Of a stretch of 64,000 nucleotides of DNA, positions 1-12,162 are shown in pieces; the first letter of the stretch is position 1, and each line of letters opens with the position of its first letter. The notes below the pieces were generated by a model. It saw only the letters and a program-made list of their open reading frames with translations, was not told where the DNA came from and ran no database searches. Both the position numbers and the translations under genes were made by a program. The stretch is taken from positions 156,488,001 to 156,552,000 of the forward strand of contig OZ024740.1 of NCBI GenBank assembly GCA_964016885.1. The letters run 5' to 3'. This DNA is from Eledone cirrhosa (Eukaryota).

Positions 1-561
1 ACTCAGATATAATACAATAATATAAATCCTTTAAAATTTTATAGTCTAAAATCTTAGGTCATTTGATTAATTGACTATTTTCAATTAACTTAAGATTTGA
101 AAATAAACGGTCACGCATTATTCTTTCCCCCTATCTAATTATATGCTATTTAAATGTTACAATACATATCTCACTCCTTTTGATTATACGATTTAACTTA
201 TTTTCCTCTCTCTATCATTTGATCATTTCTCCCTTCTCTTGTTCCTACGATCAAATCTCCTTTTTTTCTCTTTTTCTCTCTTTCCTCATGATTTGCTATC
301 TCGATCTATCACTTCCACTATCAACAATAATGAGGTATGAATATATTATTATTATTTAAATTTTTAACAGTTATAGAAGTTTATGTATTATATATTATTA
401 ATTATTCATATATCTTTTTACACATTCTCATACGCACCCTCTCTATTATATGTAATTTTTCATGTTTCAACTTAAGGTATATAAATATCGAGTTTTGTCA
501 TAACTAATGCCATGACTAAATTATAACCATCAACATAGTCAAGGTATGTCAAGCATCAACT

Positions 562-627
562 TATTTTATCTGATGAGGACGTACTGTTGAAATAGCTCAG
601 TATCTCTGAAATATGTATAATAAAATA
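562..627 (+). ncRNA. Minimal type I hammerhead ribozyme motif at the end of a probable PLE pseudo-LTR
   Basis: Stem I tattttat(562-569)/ataaaata(620-627); CTGATGA 570-576; stem II around tactg/cagta; GAAA 608-611; short quasi-palindromic stem III tatgta; UH site TA 618-619; followed by (TA)n. Confidence 0.75.
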
Positions 628-669
628 TATTTGATCACATGAATGTCTATATTTATTAATATTTTGAAG

Positions 670-703
<34 letters not shown>

Positions 704-705
704 CG

Positions 706-912
706 GACTGGGTCTAAAAATATTGGTTGCCAGGAGATGAAGGGGCCCACCTACATTTAGAATGCTATCATTTAATTTTTATAATGAATAAATAATATTT
801 TCGAAAAATACATAAGTGGAAACAAAACAGTGCAATCAAATTTTTGCGGAAAAATATCTTACCTTTTCCAGTAAAAAATATGTATTTTGCGAAATCCAGA
901 GACTCTCAATAA
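706..912 (+). repeat. ~205-bp repeat, copy 1 (copy 2 at ~1650-1860); probable hAT/MITE end fragment
   Basis: Near-identical to 1658-1860 (gggtctaaaaatattggttgccag...gactctcaataa). Copy 2 starts CAGTGG like the adjacent hAT TIR. Both follow (TA)n. Confidence 0.75.
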
Positions 913-1365
913 GGACCAGAAGTCCACCCTAAATATTACTAATAGCTCTAGGAAAGCCATGAACGACACCACATCTTTTAAACTTTGATTTTGAAAGTAG
1001 GTTTATAATTATTAATTTTCACTATACTTTTGTAGCAGTCTCTGTGGCCTATTTGGAGTAATCATAGACAGTGGTGTCCTGGTCTGAAGTTCGATTCTGG
1101 TCGTGAGTAAACCTTTTTAGTTTTATTTTATTGGTTGTAAAATAAAAACTGAAAAAGCTTACATGTACCACTTGAGCAGGATTGAACCAAAGGCCAGGAT
1201 CTCCACCGTCTCTAGTACCTACCGTTAGGCTACAAAGACAACTACGAAATTTTTATGAAAACTCATACTTATAAACCTACTTTCAAAACAAAGTGTTGTG
1301 TCGATCATGTCTTTCTTAATATTATTGCTCCTACTTAAGGACGACTTCTAAATCATTTGAGTGTT
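900..1365. mobile_element. Diverged fold-back (MITE-like) element with two inverted tRNA-like arms
   Basis: ttttgaaagtaggtttataa pairs with ttataaacctactttcaaaa. Arm ~1032-1110 is homologous to the reverse complement of ~1165-1250, which carries A-box-like TAGCCTAACGGTAG and B-box-like GGTTCAATCC. Confidence 0.6.
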
Positions 1366-1591
1366 CCATAAACTACATCCGCGTTTTGTTTCACATCTAT
1401 CTAGACTACATTTTAACCTGTAATCAATGCTTCATTTCTGTTCCACCTCATTTCCCCCCTCTCTTTCTCTCTCTCTCTCTCTCTCTCCCTCTCTCTTTCT
1501 CACTGTGATATTTGAATCTACTATGATTTGGGCTTACCTTATTCCTATATGTTTTTGCATGTCAGTTAGATTCAAACTTACAATGATTGGC

Positions 1592-1649
<58 letters not shown>

Positions 1650-1652
<3 letters not shown>

Positions 1653-1860
1653 TGGTAGACTAGGTCTAAAAATATTGGTTGCCAGATGGAGGGGTCCCAC
1701 CTACATATAGATACTATCATTTAATTTTATAATGAATAAATAAAATTTTCAAAAAATACATAAGTGGAAACAAAACAGTTCAATCAAATTTTTGCGGAAA
1801 AATATCTCACCTTCTCCAATAAAAAATATGTATTTTGCGAAATCCAGAGACTCTCAATAA
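1650..1860 (+). repeat. ~210-bp repeat, copy 2
   Basis: Direct repeat of 706-912. Confidence 0.75.
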
Positions 1861-1906
1861 TGGCCTTTGGTGTTTCACACTCACTCAATATATATATATG
1901 TGTATG

Positions 1907-4142
1907 CAGTGGCGTAGGGTAAACGGCGCCCAGGGCAAGCATCAAAATCCCCCCTCCATCAAAAAGTCAAGATCCACAAAGACGAAATTGCGGTAGAATT
2001 TATAATAAAAAAAAACAAAAAAACGGTTACAACTTGATTTTTAGGACTTTTAATGAGGCAAACTGGTTGATAATTTCCTCGAAATCAGTTCGTTCAAACT
2101 CTTCAATTTCTACACTCAAAAGGGCGAGGTCAGTCAGCCGTTGTTGGTCCATTGAGGTTCGCAAATACGAATGTATTAACTTCAGTTTGCTGAACGACCT
2201 CTCGTAACTGGCAATTGAAATAGAAATCGTCAACATTATTTGAATGCTGATTCGCAAATTGGGAAAAACACGTTCATCGCCGTATTGTATGATGAATTGG
2301 AGAAGTGCCTCCGGCTTTAAAATTGGGTCAGCTGTCGTAGTAGCCAGCAAAGATCGGCAGTCCAAGATTTCCTCATACAATTGCTCTCCGTCGATGTCGG
2401 AGTTGTATAGTTCCGCAAGACTGTTGCACCTTTGTTTAAGGACAAGGTTATCAGGAGCAGTCAAATAAAACAGATAGTTGACATCAAGAAGAAAGCCAAA
2501 ACTTGAGTCGGTTTCCTTAAGTCGAAAAAACCGTTCTTCCATTTCTGTTTGAAGACGATTGAGTGAACTTCGCATTGCTCTCTCTATCTCTTTTCTGGCA
2601 GCCACCTCGACGTCCTCAGTAATTTCGGTATTGGTTTGTCGTCTTCCTCACCTCCTCGGAAAATCGACATTCCATTTCTGGCAGAGGTCGAAGCCCATTT
2701 CAAGAGACTCGTGGATTAAGGATATTCCTTCTTCTTTAAAATAAAGTTGAAGGGCTCCTATATCATCTGCAGCATCGGGAAAATTCATTCTTGGATCTTG
2801 AAGTCTCTTTTGAACTCGGTCAATTCGTGTTCCAGAATCCAATCAAGTTCAGAAATTCATAACTCAGTATCCGATTATGGAGATTACTGGCATCACTTCT
2901 ACTCTTAAATGTCTCTGTTTCATCATCACTAATTATTTCGAGAACTTGAACAATCAGCGTCAAATAATTCGCCACCGGTCTGACTGCGGTACATCTAGCA
3001 CTCCACGGCGTGTCGGAAGGATATTTAACAACCACTGGAGCAACTTCTTTAAGGGCTTCCCATCGTCGTGTTGAACGAGAAAAAAGTTGTATAACGAATC
3101 AATGCAACTGAAAAAGTTCATCATAGCAAAATCGTTTTTGGCTGCATGAAGACCAGCCAGATAAAGTGAATGGTTATCGCAATTAACGAAGTGAATCAAA
3201 TTAGTCTTCTCTCTCATTCTCTGCTGAAACCCACTGCGGTGCCCAGCCATTATGGCAGCATTGTTGTAGCACTGCGATCGACAGTTCTGCAGTGGTAGGT
3301 CATCTTTTTCTAGCTCTTTCACGGTTGTTTCAACAAGGCTTGCGGCATCTTTTTGATTACTTGAATGAATCCAAGAAAAGATTCCCTCACACCGACCGTA
3401 TTCATATTGAAATCAACATCGACATATCGCACAACTTTTGACAGTTGTTCTCGGTGCGCCTGGTCAGGGTCGAATCAATCAGCAGATCATAGTATCTTGC
3501 TTTTTGGATACGATTTAGTAAATTCTGACGAACTGTATTATAGAAGAAAACATTGAACAATCTAACCTGGAGTCAAATTGAATTCCTAATAGAAGCTATC
3601 CGATCCTATCTGGCCATTTGGATTATGATACATTTTCTATACGTCTTATGTACCAGTTGTAAAAGACAAACTACTCTGTTTTGTAAACCAGCTTCATAAT
3701 TATAATTATCTTGTATTGGTCATTGCAATGCATTGCTAAAAATAGCGCCTGTGTGTCCACCAGTTGCACGTCCAAAACTACGTCCCTCCAGTCAGTGTGT
3801 GTGTGGAGGGGGGCGGTTTTGTGAGGTCAAGTGAGGTATCCGCTGTTTTGTAATGTATAGCTAAAATAGCGACCGCATAATTGCAACCCACCCTGCTGTC
3901 AGTGTGGAGGGGGGGGGGGGGGGCGTTTTTGTGAAGTCAAATCAGACATCTGCTCTGTCTAGTGCACTAGACATGGCGTGGAAGTCGGCTATCAAGAAAT
4001 CACATGCTTCATATTTGGCTTATATTTTTTAAAATGATAAAAACGACATGGATGTAAATCGATCTAGGTCGAAATTGCGCCCCCCCCTAAATATGGTGCC
4101 CGTGGCATGTGCCCTGCTTGCCACACCCAAGCTACGTCACTG
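1907..4142 (-). mobile_element. Decayed hAT DNA transposon with 11-bp TIRs and 8-bp TSD
   Basis: TIRs CAGTGGCGTAG (1907-1917) and CTACGTCACTG (4132-4142), 1 mismatch. Flanks tgtgtatg/tatgtatg match 7/8. Transposase fragments lie inside. Confidence 0.88.
2027..3560 (-). pseudogene. Frameshifted hAT transposase (DUF4371/ZMYM-like body, hAT C-terminal dimerisation domain)
   Basis: ORF pieces with CRSQCYNNAAIMAG, VNCDNHSLYL, SDTPWSAR (TRW motif) and FPNL..IMLTISISIASYERSFSKLKLIHSYLRTSMDQQRLTDLALLSVE. Confidence 0.9.
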
Positions 4143-4158
4143 TATGTATGTGTGTATG

Positions 4159-4190
<32 letters not shown>

Positions 4191-4313
4191 CATGTGTGTT
4201 TATCTACTTTTATATTTATTCTTTTTCCTTTCCTTCTTCCTTTTCCAGCCTCACTTTCATATAGATTATATTTTTGTTTTTAAAATCCGCTGTCAATAAA
4301 TACACCAGGATTT

Positions 4314-4374
4314 TTTCATTCTGATGACTGAAAGCAAATTTTGTTTGCTTTCAAGAAACCACTGGTAAATGAAA
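4314..4374 (+). ncRNA. Type I hammerhead ribozyme motif
   Basis: tttcatt-CTGATGA-c-tgaaagcaaa/tttgctttca-a-GAAA-cca c tgg-TA-aatgaaa; all three stems pair. Same family as 50250-50450. Confidence 0.8.
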
Positions 4375-4402
4375 TAATTATCTTATATTGTTTATTACAT
4401 AA

Positions 4403-4439
<37 letters not shown>

Positions 4440-4508
4440 GAATATACAAGAGAGATAAACACAAATATAAATATACATGTGTTCGAATTGTAAAGGACCA
4501 AGTTTACT

Positions 4509-4740
4509 AGGGTGAATAAAATACTAACTATAACAATATGGTTTGCCAGACTCAATTTAAAGCAATAAATCAAGAAAAAGAACAAACCTATATTCGGCAA
4601 CTACCTGAAACACCCAGATAGCTTTCGGAGCTCTTTCACAATTTATTTAGCGAAGGAAATCATCAATTTTCTGCTCTTTAGTGGGTGTAAAAATTGAGTC
4701 TGGCAAACCATATTATTATAGTTAGTATTTTTTTCACCCT
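4509..4740. repeat. ~50-bp inverted repeat enclosing a degenerate minus-strand hammerhead (PLE stub)
   Basis: Arms ~4509-4558 and ~4691-4740. Minus strand 4610-4688 reads acaccca-CTAAAGA...GAAA-gcta-TC-tgggtgt (core G5 mutated). Confidence 0.6.
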
Positions 4741-4860
4741 GAATTTTACAATTCTCCTCAGAGAAATAACAACGCAACCATGATCTGGACATATCGGAGG
4801 ATTGACGGAGTTAAACATACTTCAACAACATGTGTACCTGTCTCTCCCACACCAATTCGG

Positions 4861-4915
4861 ACTGCCTGAAGAGGTCACAGCCAATGATGGCTGTCACCGA
4901 AATATATATAGCAGT
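4861..4915 (+). ncRNA. Minimal type I hammerhead ribozyme motif
   Basis: actgc-CTGAAGA-ggtcacagcca(atga)tggctgtcacc-GAAA-tatata-TA-gcagt; G10.1-C11.1 pair present; palindromic stem III. Confidence 0.88.
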
Positions 4916-4979
4916 ATATCTATAATTCTATAATTTATAATAAACGAAGCCAAATTTTATATATTTGACTTAATTATTT

Positions 4980-5026
<47 letters not shown>

Positions 5027-5029
<3 letters not shown>

Positions 5030-5375
5030 CTTCTTCCTCCCGTTAGACATGTACGAAATTCCTTCCTTGCTCACATTCCAACCAGGTTTGATGGTCTTTA
5101 TTCTCTCTCGTTCACGATTTCACCGAACTTATATTCATGGAAATTTGGGACTTGACTCGTTCTTCCTCACTTTTCGTTGCTTCACCATCTTTGTTTGTTT
5201 ACACACTCCCTGTCCCCTTTATTTACGTGTCCCAACGACTTTTTTTAGCCGTTGCTCGCACCAACCGGAGGTATATGGTCTTTAAAGCGAAGAAATACCT
5301 GTGATGGTTGGAAGATCACTGATGAGGACCACTTTATTCATATGTAACCCATATGCAACCACGCAGCACGTTTAT

Positions 5376-5380
<5 letters not shown>
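5027..5380. repeat. Interspersed ~350-400-bp repeat, copy A (copies B and C at 40229-40632 and 40855-41255)
   Basis: Shared cgttagac...ttccttccttgctcacatt...ctgatgaggac...catatgtaaccca; each copy abuts TA-rich sequence. Confidence 0.85.
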
Positions 5381-5424
<44 letters not shown>

Positions 5425-5428
<4 letters not shown>

Positions 5429-5760
5429 TGCAGAGTCCTCAAGCACTCCTTCCAGTGAGTGGGTCATGTCAGAAGCAACCGTCTTTAATTGATCCGACAG
5501 GGTCTCTAAATGAAATCAGTTGAGCTCATGTATGTTAACCATCCATTTTGCTAGGATTCTACTTATAGGTCTCCTGCCGGTTGGTTTTGCCCGTAAAATC
5601 TGTCCACCGATTTTTTTCAGAGACATTCTAACCCGACTATGTCTAGCTGGTACCATCTAACCACCTCCACATTTTCCTGCTCCTTATCCGCAAGGGCTGT
5701 GATATTCCGGGTTCCAATGATCATGGTTTGCTCCCTTCTGGATTCTCTTTGGCGTCTCGG
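5425..5760 (-). mobile_element. RTE-type LINE fragment (start of the APE endonuclease)
   Basis: IIGTRNITALADKEQENVEVVRWYQLDIVGLE resembles the APE N-terminal motifs (IGTWNV; LDIVGLxE). Confidence 0.6.
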
Positions 5761-6619
5761 GATATTTAATCTTTGTGCGTCCGTCCCATGCATCACAAGA
5801 CAGGTCACATGTCTATAGCAAGTTTTTACAGCATGAGACGGAGACCGTAATATATTTTTCAAACAGACTCCTCTACCTAAGACTTGAATGCGTCCCTTGT
5901 TAACCTGCGCGAAGGACGATGCGGTATGACTGCCTTTGTTGTCTCATATTACAATGTTTTTGGTGGTCGTATTCGCGCCAGTCACCAATCTAGTATTTTT
6001 CTCAGACCCGCGAACACGTACATACATACATACATAAATTCACACACACGCACACGCACCCATACACGTACATATATTTATTTATTTATTTATTGATAAC
6101 GAATTTTATATCTCTAGCCGCGATTTACTCACTTCATGATACTATGATAACCGTATGTTAAAAATACGAACTTATAATTCAGAGGACACACAATTTCGTT
6201 AACTAATAAAGAAAGGGTTTCGGATGGGTAATAATATCTGCATACCAAATAAAGCCGGATTGTATTTAACACTTGCCTCATGTAAAATTGTCAAATATCA
6301 TATAACTAAGGTTTGCAGCGGTTAATCAGCGAGTGTTAGCCCATCTCGAACGGGAAAAAGTTTCCGAACAAAGGCTACAGTTCAACTACCATCAAGGATA
6401 TAGAAGCTTCTGTCAGGAGTAACACGAGACTTTACAAATAGTTGTGAGGAAAGCACATTTGGAGGAATTTCAAAAAATGTAGGCCTCAGCTATCGATCAG
6501 GTCATTTTTGTACCCCCCCCCCTCATATATATATATATATATATATATACAAGTGCGAACATAATATCTTGAAGATTGTGTGCTTTGTATCAATAAGTCT
6601 AATCTAAAGTCTGTCTTAA

Positions 6620-6885
6620 GCCAGAAGGCTCGTTAAGCCGGTGCTTATCCCGGTTTCATGGCGTAAAGCGACTGAGAGTACAAGACTTCCTTCTGGATAG
6701 GACGTCAGTTCATCGCAGAGTTAAACCCCAAGATATTGCTGGTACTCATTTTTAGCTGAGTATACTGGAACAACGTGAAGTGAAGTATTTTGTCAAGAAC
6801 ACAATACGCAACCCAGCCACGCAACCCGAACCCACGACATTATGATCATAAATCCAACACCGTTGTCACTAGGCCACGCGCCTCC
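6620..6885 (-). mobile_element. tRNA-derived SINE with CORE-like domain
   Basis: Minus strand begins ggaggcgcgtggcctagtg (A box), then gggttcg (B-box-like), then gtgttcttgacaaaatacttcact (CORE-like). Confidence 0.65.
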
Positions 6886-7004
6886 ACATAATTGTATTAT
6901 GTATTTCTATGTAGATGGAAATGACGATCGAAACTGCAGCAAGTTGTGGTTCATGATTTACTGAGGAAATTAACTATGAATGTAATCGATGGCACACCCC
7001 ATCA

Positions 7005-7082
7005 TGTACTCTATGACTAATTACTCCTAATGTACTCTATGACTAATTATTCCTAATGTACTCTATGACTAATTACTCCTAA
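7005..7082. repeat. 26-bp tandem repeat x3
   Basis: tgtactctatgactaattaYtcctaa repeated three times. Confidence 0.9.
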
Positions 7083-7459
7083 TTACTCCTATTTATTTCC
7101 GGTTAGGTGCATGGATGAGAAATCTAAAGCGTGCGTTATAAGCCTTAATATTAAATCTAAATTTAACACCTTAATCAGTAGTTTAAATTAATCGTTCTTT
7201 AATCTCAAGTGAATGGAGAATTAGTGGTAGTAGAATCTATTCTTCACAAAGGAAATTGAAAGGTAAATTTCTCTGGGAGCTTCATAAGAATCTTAATTTC
7301 AATCACCTGGATGTTCTGCATTTAGAACATTTATCATCAATCTTTACCGCGAAGCTTATTTCCATTTTATCTTTTCGAAAATCATCGATTGCCTGATGTT
7401 TGGAAAGTGTGGATAACCTTATTTAGAGTGATTGAAGCAGATGATTATATTTGCCCCAG

Positions 7460-7772
7460 GATATATATGAGGATTGCAGTGTCTATACAGACGATTGCCA
7501 TTCTTATTGATTCTTTGTTATCATCCCATCTGAGTCCATGACTTTGTAGATGACTTTGTTGGCCAGCTTGTTTACGACACAGGTGACAGAAGTGAGTTGT
7601 GCTTTCCACAGGACTGGTGGTGTCACCCTGTGGGATACAATCTTTATGTACCACCATGTGTTCTTTTAGTCGGGAACTAGTTCTACACACTTTGTTGCAT
7701 ATCACGCATGTTGTTTCGCCAGGTCTTTGTTGATTGGTGTTGCAGGTGGTTATCCTGTCATGTGACTTCAGG
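7460..7772 (-). mobile_element. 3' end of a probable RTE-type LINE encoding tandem C2H2 zinc fingers
   Basis: LKSH...CVICNKVCRTSSRLKEHMVVH...FCHLCRKQAGQQSHLQSH followed by a short 3' tail; no TGEKP linkers. Confidence 0.55.
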
Positions 7773-7832
7773 TGATTAACATAACTAGCCTATACGTATA
7801 TACATACAAACAGTATATACTTACCATATATA

Positions 7833-8635
<803 letters not shown>

Positions 8636-9338
8636 TCGTACGTATGTGCACATGTATGTATCTTTGGCGGTTGTTTCCAATAGATCGACTGATGACGCAG
8701 ATCCGATAATACTAGAATTCATTTGGTTTGATACTTTTTCATTTCATTTGAGGGTAGAGCATCTACAAGGCCGATCTTCGTGTCTACTGATGTAGTTCCG
8801 TAAGCGATTGCGTCCAGCTATAATGCATCACCCACATGCCCTCATGAAACTACGGACTGGCAAGTATTTTCCCTTGCGGTGAGCTGCACTTGGTTACATG
8901 TTATATGTCTGAAAGATAGCGTCGCATGTATCTGCACAAACCACAATCTAGCATATATGCGGCGTTTGAAAGCGGGAGTAGCAACTTTTATGTGTTGAAG
9001 ACAATATATATATAATTATGGAACAAAGTTTATCGAATAGAAAGAGAAGATAGAGAGTTTTCTTTTCCATATACAATTATATTTATACTCACTTATTCAC
9101 GAATACAACATTTTTGAAGGAATCAATTGACTTCCAAAATATCTCCAAAGCCTGACAACAGAATCTTAATGTTTTCCTTTCCATCAAATGGAACATGTAA
9201 CAAATAACCATGAAAAAAATTTAATAGGGAACAACAAAACTACAACAAGGACACAAATGATATATGACTACATCCAAAAGTTGTAGGTACACTAAAGAAA
9301 AGCTGAATCTATTTCATTATTTTGATTCATATTGGTAA

Positions 9339-9525
9339 GGGCGGTAAATTGGCAGTATCGGTAGAGGGTCGGACGCCATGCTTTGACGCATAGATTTACG
9401 TCCCTTGCCATTCTGAGTTCAAATCCCGCCAAGGTTAACTTTGCCTTTCATCCTTACGGGGTCGATAAAATAAAGTACCAGTAATGCACTGGGTAATTGC
9501 TGGCCTTGTGCCAAAAGTAGAAACA
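9339..9525 (+). mobile_element. tRNA-head SINE with Nin-like central domain and 18-bp TSD
   Basis: B box gagttcaaatcc; central gcctttcatccttacggggtcgataaaataaagtaccag; TSD attattttgattcatatt at 9316-9333 and 9526-9543. Confidence 0.85.
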
Positions 9526-10344
9526 ATTATTTTGATTCATATTTCAGTTTGGATATTATGTATTGAAACTGGTATGCATAAACAGTGTAATTATACGCTT
9601 TACATGCTTTTAATGCATCTGGAAAACGTCACAAAATTGTGTCACAAAATTGAATATGAAATACGGGTTTGTAACGGCAGGGGAATTACTTGCATAAAAA
9701 ATATCATGGTGTTTTGTGTATGTTATCTATTTACAGTAATAATTCAAATCTGCGTGTTGTCTTGATATGCATACACATGGAGTGAATAAATGTAATATAA
9801 AGATGTAATTTAAAATGTATAAATTTCAGACATTATGCATTCTTGAATCAACAGCAAGGGAAAAATCTTATTTCAGATAATATTGTCATATTAGGATACA
9901 CATTTCAATAATAACTATAAACATTGCTGTTAGAATAAAAATTTATGTTTTAAATGTATAAGCGTGTAACATTGGAAACCCAGCAGTAGATGCATGTGAA
10001 GTGCACGTAAAGAGTGAAGAAAAAATAAACAAAATATAAATTAACAAAAGTAAAAAAAAGAATATATTCAGTATGAACACACTACAAATCAAATAAGTTT
10101 TAGATAATTTTTGGCGCCAATAAAAAAAGGGGGAAGAAGGAAATTCAATGTTAAACATCACCGTCTATTATGATTTATATCAGAGGAAAGGTTGAGCTAA
10201 GAAGAATGTTTTGATCGTAAAAATCTTCTTTTGAGCCATGAAATGAAATTTCAAAGAATAGGATTCCAAACATCGTGATATAATAAACGAGAAAAGAAAG
10301 ACATACCCCATAAATAAAACGCACATACATACATACATAAATAC

Positions 10345-10620
10345 ATAAAATCCATTAATGGAACAGTAAAAATATATAAAACATTCCAAATATTCTGCAG
10401 CTAATAACTGCATGTATACCTGTACAGATACAAAGCATATGCACATGCATGCATATAACTCAAAACATACACATCTGCACATACAATAACATCCACACCT
10501 GCACACACATGCATGCATGCAGACATGCATACATATCTACCTAGCTGATGTTGTTTAAATTCCAATGAGAGAGTCTCCCTCTATTGGTACAAATGTAAAA
10601 TTGTAAAACCCGAAGAACAT
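10345..10620 (+). mobile_element. 3'-terminal fragment of the same R4/Dong-type LINE
   Basis: Matches 36470-36750; (CATA)n-like tracts on both sides. Confidence 0.85.
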
Positions 10621-10648
10621 AAATACATTCATACATGCATACATACAT

Positions 10649-11216
10649 GGTGGCTGCCAACTCGTTTTCGAGTACGGCCACTACTTTATATCCATGTAGG
10701 AGAACGCCTACCGATGCGCTGACGAGTGTGACTTTTTAGTCCAGCCAGCGACTTGAAAACTCTGGTACAAACACTACACTTGTGACAATTATTGACACAG
10801 TACTGGGCCCAAGGTACCATGTGACGACAAGTGCAGAGAGATCTCCAGATACAAAGCAATGCCTGTGCCGTGAAGCTTTTATAGTGAGCAAAGGCACTGC
10901 ACAAAGCCAGTCCCACTCTCTTAACCAAGATGATATTTACCAAAAAGAAGAACAAGTCAACATCATTGGATACCATCAGGGTTGCAGGTGTTATATCAGA
11001 GTTTTCCTTCTCCTAGAATTCTGCCTTTACAAAGGCTAAGGGGTCATCTCTCCCGGTGATTTTGGATGGCCATTGACTCTTAAGAGCTCCTTTGCTCTTT
11101 GACAGGTTTTGTTTTTAGTCCTGCAGAATGTCCAAAGTCACCCTCCTCACCAAGAAACCTTGGTGGGGTTGCCAGTTTAGTCACCAACGACCCGACCATG
11201 GGACAGGGTCGTTGGC
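10649..11216 (-). mobile_element. Bipartite non-autonomous RTE derivative, copy 1
   Basis: RTE-like 5' UTR motif (CTAGGAGAAGGAAAACTCTG) fused to a 3' end encoding CSVCTRVFKSLAGLKSH; flanked by (CATA)n. Confidence 0.7.
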
Positions 11217-11250
11217 ATACATACATATATACATACATACATACATACAT

Positions 11251-11857
11251 GGTGGCTGCCAACTCGTTTTCGAGTACGGCCACTACTTTATATCCATGTA
11301 GGAGGACCCCTACCGATGCGCTGAACAAGCGTGACTTTTTAGTTCAGCCAGCGACTTGAAAACTCTGGTACAAACACTACACTTGTGACAATTATTGACA
11401 CATAGTGCTGGACCCATGGTACCATGTGATGACAAGTGCAGAGAGATCTCCAGATATAAAGCAATGCCTATGCCGTGAAGATTTTATAGTGAGAAAAGGC
11501 ACTGCACAAAGCCAGCCCCACTCTCTTAACCAAGATGATATTTACCAAAAAGAAGAACAAGTCAACATCATTGGATACCATCAGGGTTGCAGGTGTTATA
11601 TCAGAGTTTTCCTTCTCCTAGAATTCTGCCTTTACAAAGGCTAAGGGGTCATCTCTCCCGGTGATTTTGGATGGCCATTGACTCTTAAGAGCTCCTTTGC
11701 CCTTTGACAGGTTTTGTTTTTAGTCCTGCAGGATGTCCAAAGTCACCCTCCTCACCAAGAAACCTTGGTGGGGTTGCCAGTTTAGTCGCCAACGACCCGA
11801 CCATGAGACAGGTTGTACTGGGATACATGTTACCAGTAGCACCAACTGGTGACCTGA
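11251..11857 (-). mobile_element. Bipartite non-autonomous RTE derivative, copy 2
   Basis: Highly similar to 10649-11216, same internal junction, ~35 nt longer at the 5' end. Confidence 0.7.
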
Positions 11858-12162
11858 CATACATATATACATACATACATACATACATATATACATACAT
11901 ATATGCATACATACATACATATATACATACATACATGCTAAACGAAATGTAAATTACTGTTAACATATTTCATTCACGGAACATTACATTTCTAATTAGA
12001 AATATTCAGATGCATACATAATGCACCCTGATATAAATATGGTTGAAGGCATAGGTATGTAGCCAAAGAGTTCGCCTCAAAACTACCCGGATTCCGCTTC
12101 GATACTTCAGCCTGATATGTGTCTTCAAGCAGAGCCTCGGTTATATATATATATATATATAT

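Noticed and set aside
7005-7082. CRISPR-like array
   Set aside because: Head-to-tail tandem repeat with no spacers, in a eukaryotic context.
8689-8720. CTGATGA as a hammerhead core (similar weak cases near 12100, 47880, 48280, 57920)
   Set aside because: GAAA is missing or stems I/II do not pair; too degenerate to call.
11770-11857. HDV-like ribozyme at the 5' end of the mini-RTE (minus strand GGG-hairpin-CTAA-actgg)
   Set aside because: I could not assign P1 and P3 in the required nested double-pseudoknot order.
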